A stretch of 64,000 nt of DNA from Eubacteriales bacterium OttesenSCG-928-K08 (GTDB lineage Bacteria; Bacillota; Clostridia; Christensenellales; CAG-138), in contig JAJDHH010000002.1 of NCBI GenBank assembly GCA_030266105.1, positions 6,396 through 70,395 of the forward strand. The letters are read 5' to 3'. Position numbers and translations under genes: made by a program. The notes under the pieces were generated by a model. The model did not search any database. It saw only the letters and a list, made by a program, of their open reading frames with translations, and was not told the origin of the DNA. Of this stretch, positions 57,630 to 64,000 are shown one piece after another; position 1 is the stretch's first letter; each line of letters opens with the position of its first letter.

Positions 57630-58457
57630 ATGGATCGGATCATGAATAAAATATCACAAACCGTTCCCATGCAATATGACACCATATTTTCTCCATTTAA
57701 GGCGGACGAGTTTGATCATGCCTTGAGTTTTTTGGAGGAAAAAGGCTTTAGCGGCGTGGAGCTTGCGGTCGCTTACCCCAAAAAGGTAAACACGAGCGAG
57801 CTTAACAAAAAGCTCAACGCACATAATCTTGCCGCCACTACGCTTTCCACCGGCCAGATTTATGGGCTGGAGGGTTTGTTCCTCTCATCCTTTGATGATA
57901 ATGTGCGCAAAAACACGATTGATATCGTAAAAGGCCACATCGAATTATCGGCCGAGATTGGCTTGCCCGTGGTGACAATCGGCCTGCTGCGTGGTAAACT
58001 GGAGCAGGGTGAAATATCCGATTTGTTGGATAATTTTAAGCGCGGCTTAATGCCCTGCGTGGAGTATGCCTTTAAGCTTGGCGTAAAGCTGCAGGTGGAG
58101 CCGATCAACAAGCAGGAAACCGTGCTCATAAACAGCGTTAAGCAGTGCCTTGATTTTTTGCGTGAGTTGGGCGATCCTGAAAATGTCGGCATTCTCTATG
58201 ATGCGTATCACTCCGACCTTGAGGATGGGGACATGCTTGCGGCAATTAAGGCTGCTGCCGGGCGCATATTTAACGTGCACCTTGCGGATTCTCACCGGGG
58301 CCTGCCGGGTTATGGCGATATCGATTTCCCCGCAATGTACAAGGCAATACAGGCAACCGGTTACACAGGCGCTTATGCGCTGGAAACGCTTGTTATTCCA
58401 TCCGTAGAGTTTGTGAATGAGCATTGTTATCAAAGCGTTGTGGATATCATGAAATAA
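57630..58457 (+). CDS. iolO: xylose-isomerase-like TIM-barrel sugar epimerase, candidate 5-dehydro-L-gluconate epimerase (IolO-like)
   Basis: 275 aa with an AP-endonuclease-2/sugar isomerase TIM-barrel pattern (GFSGVELA..., LQVEPINKQET, HLADSHRGLPGYGDIDF). No clear SD; the alternative ATG at 57642 is equally possible. Functional call by context. Confidence 0.6.
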   Translation: MDRIMNKISQTVPMQYDTIFSPFKADEFDHALSFLEEKGFSGVELAVAYPKKVNTSELNKKLNAHNLAATTLSTGQIYGLEGLFLSSFDDNVRKNTIDIVKGHIELSAEIGLPVVTIGLLRGKLEQGEISDLLDNFKRGLMPCVEYAFKLGVKLQVEPINKQETVLINSVKQCLDFLRELGDPENVGILYDAYHSDLEDGDMLAAIKAAAGRIFNVHLADSHRGLPGYGDIDFPAMYKAIQATGYTGAYALETLVIPSVEFVNEHCYQSVVDIMK

Positions 58458-58488
58458 TTACCTACATAAAAAATAAGGAGAATTTAGC

Positions 58489-59502
58489 ATGATTAACATC
58501 GGAATCATTGGCGCTGGGCGAATTGGGCAGGTGCACGCAAAAAGCATACTGACCGGCGTGCCGGAAGCTAAAATTAAGGCGATTGCCGACCCGTTTATGA
58601 CGGAACAAACCGAGCAATGGGCAAAGAGCGTAGGCATTAACAACGTTTACCTCGATCATAAAAAAATAATCGACGATCCTGAAATTGATGCGGTGCTCAT
58701 CTGCTCATCAACAGATACGCATTGCCCAATTTCGCTTGAGGCGATCGCTGCGGGCAAGCATGTTTTCTGCGAAAAGCCGATCGATCATGATCTTGAGAAA
58801 ATCAAAAGCGTCATAAGCGCTCTTGAGGGGAAAAACATAAAATATCAGGTCGGTTTTAATCGCCGCTTTGATCACAACTTCCGCGCGGTGCGCGATGCCG
58901 TTGTCAAAGGCTCGGTTGGCGACATTCAGGTGATCAAAATCAGCTCGCGCGATCCCGCGCCGCCACCGATTGCCTATGTTAAGATTTCCGGCGGCATATA
59001 TCTGGACATGATGATTCACGATTTTGATATGGTGCGCTTCCTTTCCGGCAGCGAGGTAGATGAGGTCACGGCCTATGGCGCCGCGCTTGTTGATCCCGCT
59101 ATTGGCGAGGCCGGTGATGTTGACACCGCAATCGTTACGATGAAGCTTAAAAACGGCGCTTTGGCCGTGATCGATAATTCCCGCCAGGCCGTTTATGGTT
59201 ATGATCAGCGTGCCGAGGTGTTTGGCTCCAAGGGCTGTGTTGAATGCGGGAATGATCGTGCGTCAACCGCGGTAATCAGCACGGTGGATGGCGTAAACTC
59301 CGAAAAGCCGCTCTGGTTCTTCCTCGAGCGCTACATGGCGGCATATCAGCTGGAAATCCGCTCCTTTATCGATGCAATCGTAAACGATACGCCCACCGAG
59401 GTTGGCGTGGATGATGGCCTGCAGCCCGTGCTTATCGGCCTTGCGGCGAAAAAATCCATGGAAGAGGGCCGCCCGGTTAAAATTTCAGAAATCAGCATTT
59501 AA
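58489..59502 (+). CDS. iolG: myo-inositol 2-dehydrogenase (Gfo/Idh/MocA family)
   Basis: Rossmann IGIIGAGRIGQVHA, FCEKP and VGFNRRFDHNF are characteristic of IolG-type enzymes. AAGGAG SD. Confidence 0.75.
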   Translation: MINIGIIGAGRIGQVHAKSILTGVPEAKIKAIADPFMTEQTEQWAKSVGINNVYLDHKKIIDDPEIDAVLICSSTDTHCPISLEAIAAGKHVFCEKPIDHDLEKIKSVISALEGKNIKYQVGFNRRFDHNFRAVRDAVVKGSVGDIQVIKISSRDPAPPPIAYVKISGGIYLDMMIHDFDMVRFLSGSEVDEVTAYGAALVDPAIGEAGDVDTAIVTMKLKNGALAVIDNSRQAVYGYDQRAEVFGSKGCVECGNDRASTAVISTVDGVNSEKPLWFFLERYMAAYQLEIRSFIDAIVNDTPTEVGVDDGLQPVLIGLAAKKSMEEGRPVKISEISI

Positions 59503-59535
59503 ACATCAAATTCACTTAAAAGGAGCGTTGTGCAC

Positions 59536-60810
59536 ATGAGCATTTTTTTGAAGGATATGAGCGGCAGCGGGCTTACAAACGAGCAGATTCTTGGGGCGCT
59601 TAAAGACTCCATTAAGGGCAAAACCCTGCGCCGCGTGCTTATTATTCCGCCGGATTACACGCGCTTTCATTCAAACGCCGGCTTTATAACAAACGCGTAT
59701 TATCACATGCTTTGTGATATGGGCTGCGAGGTGGATATTTTGCCCGCGCTTGGCACGCATGAGCCGGTTTCAAAAGAGGAATGCGAGCTGATGTTTGGGG
59801 ATATCCCATACGAAAAGTTCATTGTGCACAACTGGCGCACGGATGTTATCCGCATAGGCGAAGTGCCGGGGGAATACCTTAGCGAAATTACGGACGGCCT
59901 GTGGGTTGACCCAATCAGCGTGGAGGTCAACAGGCTTGTGATGGATGAGCGTTATGATCTAATAATCTCGCCAGGCCAGGTTGTGCCGCATGAGGTTATC
60001 GGCATGGCCAACCACAGCAAAAACCTTTTTGTGGGCGTGGGCGGAAGCGAGATGATAAACAAATCGCACATGGTTGGCGCTGTGTATGGCATGGAGCGAA
60101 TGATGGGCAAGGATTTTACGCCCGTGCGCAAAATGTTTGATTATTCGCTCGAAAAATTCCTGAAGGATCGCCCCATACTTTTTGCGCTGACGGTTACAAC
60201 AGCGCCCGGCGGCAACATACACACGCACGGCCTGTTTATCGGTGAAAAGCGGGATGTGCTGGAGGCAGCCGTTGAGCTTGCGCAGCAAAAAAATATCGAT
60301 TTTGTGGAGCGCGGCATCAAAAAGTGCGTGGTGTATCTTGATCCTAAGGAGTTTAAGAGCACTTGGCTTGGCAACAAATCCATTTATCGCACGCGTATGG
60401 CCGTGGCGGATGGCGGCGAGCTAATCGTGCTCGCACCAGGCGTAACAAAGTTTGGTGAGGATGCGCAGGTGGATAAGCTCATCCGTAAATACGGTTATTG
60501 CGGCAGGCTTAATGTGCTGGAGCTGTTTAACAACCCGGAAAATGAGGATATCCGGCAGAACATGGGCGCAGCGGCGCATTTGATTCATGGCTCGTCCGAT
60601 GGACGCTTCAAAATCACTTATGCCGTTAAGCAAATCACAAAAGAGGAAATCGCCCAGGTGAAGTTCGAGCCTGCCGACTATGATGAGATGGCAGCGCGCT
60701 ATAATCCGGAAACGCTCGATTACGGCTGGAACACCTTGCCGGATGGTGAGGAGATTTACTTCATCCCCAACCCTGCACTGGGATTGTGGATTGATAAAAC
60801 CAGGTTTTAG
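59536..60810 (+). CDS. LarA-like (lactate racemase N-terminal domain / DUF2088) putative nickel-pincer-dependent racemase/epimerase
   Basis: The order IIPPDYTRFH, LPALGTHEP, DLIISPGQVVPHEVIGMANHSKNLFVGVGG, INKSH parallels LarA blocks SDHTRP, ATGFHRP, SHFFAGFSGGRKS and MANH as I recall them. ATG at 59536 lies 10 nt after GGAG. Confidence 0.7.
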   Translation: MSIFLKDMSGSGLTNEQILGALKDSIKGKTLRRVLIIPPDYTRFHSNAGFITNAYYHMLCDMGCEVDILPALGTHEPVSKEECELMFGDIPYEKFIVHNWRTDVIRIGEVPGEYLSEITDGLWVDPISVEVNRLVMDERYDLIISPGQVVPHEVIGMANHSKNLFVGVGGSEMINKSHMVGAVYGMERMMGKDFTPVRKMFDYSLEKFLKDRPILFALTVTTAPGGNIHTHGLFIGEKRDVLEAAVELAQQKNIDFVERGIKKCVVYLDPKEFKSTWLGNKSIYRTRMAVADGGELIVLAPGVTKFGEDAQVDKLIRKYGYCGRLNVLELFNNPENEDIRQNMGAAAHLIHGSSDGRFKITYAVKQITKEEIAQVKFEPADYDEMAARYNPETLDYGWNTLPDGEEIYFIPNPALGLWIDKTRF

Positions 60811-60813
60811 GTT

Positions 60814-60984
60814 TCAAAAAAGTGCGGCGGCTTTGCCGCACCTCACTTTTTTGAGAAACACCACATTTGCTTGTTCGGCTACGCCTCACGGACAGCAAAT
60901 GCTCTAAGGAGTGGGCTGCGCACGCGCATGTCGCGCTTGCCCACAGATTAAACATTAAGGGGCTGTGACCCCTTAATAATCCCC
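60814..60984 (-). repeat. structured intergenic repeat element, copy D (inverted, most diverged)
   Basis: The reverse complement reads GGGGATTATTAAGGGGTCACAGCCCCTTAATGTTTAATCTGTGGGCAAGCGCGACATGCGCGTGCGCAGCCCACTCCTTAGAGCATTTGCTGTCCGTGAGGCGTAGCCGAACAAGCAAATGTGGTGTTTCTCAAAAAAGTGAGGTGCGGCAAAGCCGCCGCACTTTTTTGA. Confidence 0.85.
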
Positions 60985-61009
60985 TAAGATAGAGACCCTT
61001 AACAGCCTT

Positions 61010-61036
61010 AAACCGCGGCAGAGCCGCGGTTTTTTT
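61010..61036 (+). terminator. intrinsic terminator (probable original terminator of the larA-like gene)
   Basis: AAACCGCGGC / GCCGCGGTTT stem followed by TTTT. Confidence 0.7.
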
Positions 61037-61043
61037 GTGCGCA

Positions 61044-61074
61044 AAATATATATTGCCTGTCCCAATATATATTT
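61044..61074. promoter_or_regulatory. 12-bp perfect inverted repeat upstream of the padR promoter (candidate operator)
   Basis: AAATATATATTG, 7-nt spacer, CAATATATATTT. It ends 12 nt before the -35 hexamer. Confidence 0.35.
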
Positions 61075-61086
61075 TTAAAATATACC

Positions 61087-61115
61087 TTGACAGGCGAGGT
61101 AACGTGAATTACAAT
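61087..61115 (+). promoter_or_regulatory. sigma-A promoter of the padR operon
   Basis: TTGACA, 17-nt spacer, TACAAT. Confidence 0.65.
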
Positions 61116-61161
61116 ATAACCGAACTCATGAGATAAGTAATGTTGGAAAGGAGGAGTTGCA

Positions 61162-61503
61162 GTGTCCATCACAGCAGACCTTATAAGAGGACATACAGAA
61201 ACAATAATTCTGGCGCAGCTTTTAGAACAGGACAGTTATGGCTACAAAATAAACAAAGCCATACAAGCCAAGACGGATCATAAATACGAGCTGAAGGAAG
61301 CAACGCTCTACACCGCGTTTAAGCGGCTGGAAGAATCCGGATGCATATCATCCTACTGGGGGGATGAAAACAGCGGCGCACGCAGGCGCTACTATGCGAT
61401 TACCCCGCACGGGCGAAGAGAATATCTTATCCGCAGCGAGGAATGGAACACGGCAAAGGTTTTGATCGACAGACTAATTACCGATGGAGGTAGTCAGATA
61501 TGA
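61162..61503 (+). CDS. PadR family transcriptional regulator
   Basis: 113 aa with the PadR winged-helix pattern (HTETIILAQLLEQDSYGYKINKAI...EATLYTAFKRLEESGCISSYW...RRRYYAITPHG). GTG start after AGGAGG. Confidence 0.9.
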   Translation: MSITADLIRGHTETIILAQLLEQDSYGYKINKAIQAKTDHKYELKEATLYTAFKRLEESGCISSYWGDENSGARRRYYAITPHGRREYLIRSEEWNTAKVLIDRLITDGGSQI

Positions 61504-62159
61504 ATGAAAAGTTGCGCGAGCACATCGATATGCTTTTTGAAGAAGCCCCTTTGACCAGAAAAACAGTGGAAATAAAAGAAGAAATTCTGCAAAACCTAAT
61601 CGAAAAATATGAGGATCTTTTGGCGCAGGGCAAAACGCCCGAGGCCGCATACAATATCGCCGCGGCAAGCGTGGGGGATATCAGCGAATTGGTGGATGAG
61701 CTAAAGCGCTCAGGTGCGCATGATGGGTATAGCGAAAGCCTGTATCAAAAGCGCCAGCACACATCGCTGCTTCGCTCCATCGCGGTCGCGATGTATATCT
61801 GCTGCATAGTGCCGACAATTGTGTTCGATGGCCGCTTGGGCGCCGCGCTCATGTTTATTATGATTGCGGCGGCAACCGGGCTTATGATTTACTCCCGCCA
61901 GAATGGTTCGGGCGGAAAAAGGGCGGATACAGGTGTTATGGTTGATGATTTTAAGCAGTGGCGTTCGCAAAACAACGACCGCATGCAGCTGCTTAAATCG
62001 ATCAAAACAGCCGTGTGGACGCTGACTGTGGTGCTTTACATAATGATCTCATTTTGGACATCGGCATGGGGAATTACTTGGGTCATATTCCTCATAGCTG
62101 TGGCGGCGACCAACATTATTGAGGCTGTTTTTGACTACAAAAAGGAGGAAGGCCAATGA
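61500..62159 (+). CDS. PadR-associated membrane protein (DUF1700 / permease-prefix-like N-terminal domain + TM helices)
   Basis: ATGA overlap with padR. A soluble helical N-terminus (HIDMLFEEAPLTRKTVEIKEEILQNLIEKYEDLLAQGKTPEAAYNIAAASVGDISELVDEL) is followed by hydrophobic helices. Confidence 0.7.
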   Translation: MNEKLREHIDMLFEEAPLTRKTVEIKEEILQNLIEKYEDLLAQGKTPEAAYNIAAASVGDISELVDELKRSGAHDGYSESLYQKRQHTSLLRSIAVAMYICCIVPTIVFDGRLGAALMFIMIAAATGLMIYSRQNGSGGKRADTGVMVDDFKQWRSQNNDRMQLLKSIKTAVWTLTVVLYIMISFWTSAWGITWVIFLIAVAATNIIEAVFDYKKEEGQ

Positions 62160-63121
62160 AATCCAACAAATCTGTAATTGCCCGCATAATCATATGGTCG
62201 CTTGTGGCGCTGATGCTTGTGGGCATAATGGTGGTGGCGATTTCCGGCGGTTTTAACAACATCGCAAGGCCTTGGCGCAACATTAACTGGGGCGGGCTTG
62301 AAGAGGCGATTGTTGGCGATTATTACTCAGACTCCGAAAAATATGTTGTGGGCGGCGCAAACATAGCGGCGGGCAACATAAAAAAGGTTGAGGTTTTCTG
62401 GATCTCCGGGGATGTGAATGTATCCGTTGGTGACACAAGCACAATCGACTTTAGCGAAAGCTATAGCCGAACATTGGATCCCGATTATCAGATGCGCTAC
62501 TACGTAAATGGCGATACGCTGATTATACAATACTGCAAATCCAAAATAACATTTAAGGGCATCAGCCGCGGGTTTGGGAAAAACCTCACGCTTACCCTGC
62601 CTGAGGGGATCGATCTGGAGCGGCTGACGGTGGAGTCAATATCCGGCACCGTGCGCGTAGCCGATGTGAACGCAAAAAGCGAAGTGGATATAAGCTCTGT
62701 GTCCGGCGGCATGAATATCGATAATGTATCCACGGGCTCAATAGATATCGAAAGCGTTTCCGGCTCAATCAAAATGGATGGCATTTACGCCAACTATCTC
62801 GATCTTGAGAATGTGAGCGGAAATGTGGAAATTACAAACAGCGAGTTAAGCAATGTTGATGTCGAAAGCATTTCAGGCACGGTGCGCGTGGCGCCCGGCG
62901 CGGATGTGCGTGATCTATCTGTGGAAAATGTAAGCGGCTCCATTTATGTCTCATTGCCGGAAAACGATGGCTTTACCGCCTACTACTCCAACGCAAGCGG
63001 AAGCTTCAAATGTGATTTTGCCGTTGAAATGCCTGGAAAAAAGGTAGCGAGGTATAAAAATGGCGCAGCGCAGCTTGACCTTAGCAGCGCAAGCGGGGGG
63101 ATATACATATTTAAGGAATAG
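62156..63121 (+). CDS. DUF4097 (LiaG-like) beta-strand-repeat protein with N-terminal TM anchor
   Basis: ATGA overlap with the upstream gene. Periodic repeats are ESISGTVRVA, SSVSGGMNID, ESVSGSIKMD, ENVSGNVEIT, ESISGTVRVA, ENVSGSIYVS and SSASGGIYIF. Confidence 0.8.
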   Translation: MKSNKSVIARIIIWSLVALMLVGIMVVAISGGFNNIARPWRNINWGGLEEAIVGDYYSDSEKYVVGGANIAAGNIKKVEVFWISGDVNVSVGDTSTIDFSESYSRTLDPDYQMRYYVNGDTLIIQYCKSKITFKGISRGFGKNLTLTLPEGIDLERLTVESISGTVRVADVNAKSEVDISSVSGGMNIDNVSTGSIDIESVSGSIKMDGIYANYLDLENVSGNVEITNSELSNVDVESISGTVRVAPGADVRDLSVENVSGSIYVSLPENDGFTAYYSNASGSFKCDFAVEMPGKKVARYKNGAAQLDLSSASGGIYIFKE

Positions 63122-63169
63122 CTGCAAATGCGGTTTGCAAAAAAAGGAGCAATAGGTTAAAGTAAGGGC

Positions 63170-64000
63170 ATGTGTTCAAAAAACATATGCCCTTTGCCCA
63201 TGTCCATAAAAGAGCTTGAGTTAAAAGGTATTGAACAACCGGATTTTGTGCTGGTCACAGGTGATGCTTATGTGGATCACCCCACGTTTGGCGCAGCAGT
63301 AATAGGCAGGGTTTTGCAAGCGGCGGGTTATAGCGTTGGCATTATCGCCCAGCCGGATTGGAAAAGTGCGGAGGCTTTTCGTGCGCTTGGCAGGCCCCGG
63401 CTTGCTTTTCTTGTTACATCAGGCAATCTTGATTCTATGGTTAACCACTTTTCCTCCTCGCGCCACAGGCGCAAGGAGGATGTTTATTCGCCATCCGGCA
63501 AGGCGGGCCTCAGGCCGGATCGTGCGGCAATCGTTTACTCGAACCGCTGCAAGGAGGCATTTCGTGGCCTGCCGGTGGTGCTTGGCGGGCTTGAGGCAAG
63601 CCTTCGCCGTTTTGCGCATTATGACTATTGGGATGATGCCGTGCGCCATTCCATTCTGGTCGATTCGGGGGCGGACATTTTAGTTTATGGAATGGGCGAA
63701 AACCCCATCGTGGAGGTGGCGGATGCACTTTCATCCGGCCTGCCTGCTTCGCAGATCACATATGTTGCTGGCACGGCTTATCATACATCCACGCTCGAGC
63801 AGGTGTATGAATACAGTCTAATCCCCTCATACACCGAGGTCGCTAACGATAAGCGCATTTACGCACAGGCGTTTTTAGAGCAATATCAGGAGCAGGATGC
63901 TATCAGGGGCAAGCGCCTTGTTCAGCCGCATGAAAAGGGTTATGTTGTTGTTAATCCGCCTGCATCGCCACTTTCACAAAAAAAGCTTGATGAGGTGTAT
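63170..64000 (+). CDS. ygiQ: YgiQ family (UPF0313) radical SAM protein, N-terminal part (continues past the window end)
   Basis: An open frame not in the ORF track because it has no stop in the window. It reads MCSKNICPLPMSIKELELKGIEQPDFVLVTGDAYVDHPTFGAAVIGRVLQAAGYSVGIIAQPDW...LGGLEASLRRFAHYDYWDD, which matches the YgiQ N-terminal domain. Confidence 0.85.
   Translation, partial: MCSKNICPLPMSIKELELKGIEQPDFVLVTGDAYVDHPTFGAAVIGRVLQAAGYSVGIIAQPDWKSAEAFRALGRPRLAFLVTSGNLDSMVNHFSSSRHRRKEDVYSPSGKAGLRPDRAAIVYSNRCKEAFRGLPVVLGGLEASLRRFAHYDYWDDAVRHSILVDSGADILVYGMGENPIVEVADALSSGLPASQITYVAGTAYHTSTLEQVYEYSLIPSYTEVANDKRIYAQAFLEQYQEQDAIRGKRLVQPHEKGYVVVNPPASPLSQKKLDEVY

Overview
The window reads as a chromosomal core region of a spore-forming Firmicute, probably Clostridia. 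The evidence is a GerA-type germinant receptor operon, cdaA-cdaR, PFOR, a four-subunit 2-oxoacid:ferredoxin oxidoreductase, and GGAGG-type ribosome-binding sites. I call 58 coding regions by motif recognition only; I could not run BLAST or HMM searches. They are mostly housekeeping genes: guaB, yebC, pyrH, greA, lysS, a split transketolase, nifJ, mltG, an ABC-F ATPase, a MATE transporter, queT, and others. I found no rRNA, tRNA, CRISPR array, transposase or integrase. Four things stand out. (1) A structured intergenic element of about 160-260 nt occurs four times, at 15.6, 34.9, 57.4 and 60.9 kb, in both orientations. The copies differ by compensatory stem changes. Each sits between a stop codon and a terminator; three begin within 10 nt of the stop codon. 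One copy is flanked by a perfect 24-nt direct repeat. Two solo copies of its terminal hairpin module also occur. I cannot assign it to a named RNA or repeat family from memory. (2) A LacI-controlled cluster at 52-61 kb looks like the Thermotoga-type oxidative myo-inositol route (iolG, iolM-like, iolN-like, iolO-like plus uxaE). It has three unusual features. It ends with a LarA-like gene, a putative nickel-pincer-dependent racemase/epimerase. Its UxaE carries a His/Cys-rich C-terminal tail. One of the repeat elements splits it. A LarE-like PP-loop gene lies at 3.7 kb. (3) At 8.8-9.05 kb a 29-codon hydrophobic ORF with a strong SD lies inside a convergent promoter-to-terminator antisense unit, a layout typical of type I toxin-antitoxin loci. 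(4) An ABC-F gene is translationally coupled to a glycerate-kinase-like protein whose catalytic motifs are degenerate. CDS ends follow the ORF track. Several starts were moved to internal ATG/GTG codons that have better SD sequences. Coordinates of hairpins and promoters were hand-counted and may be off by 1-2 nt.
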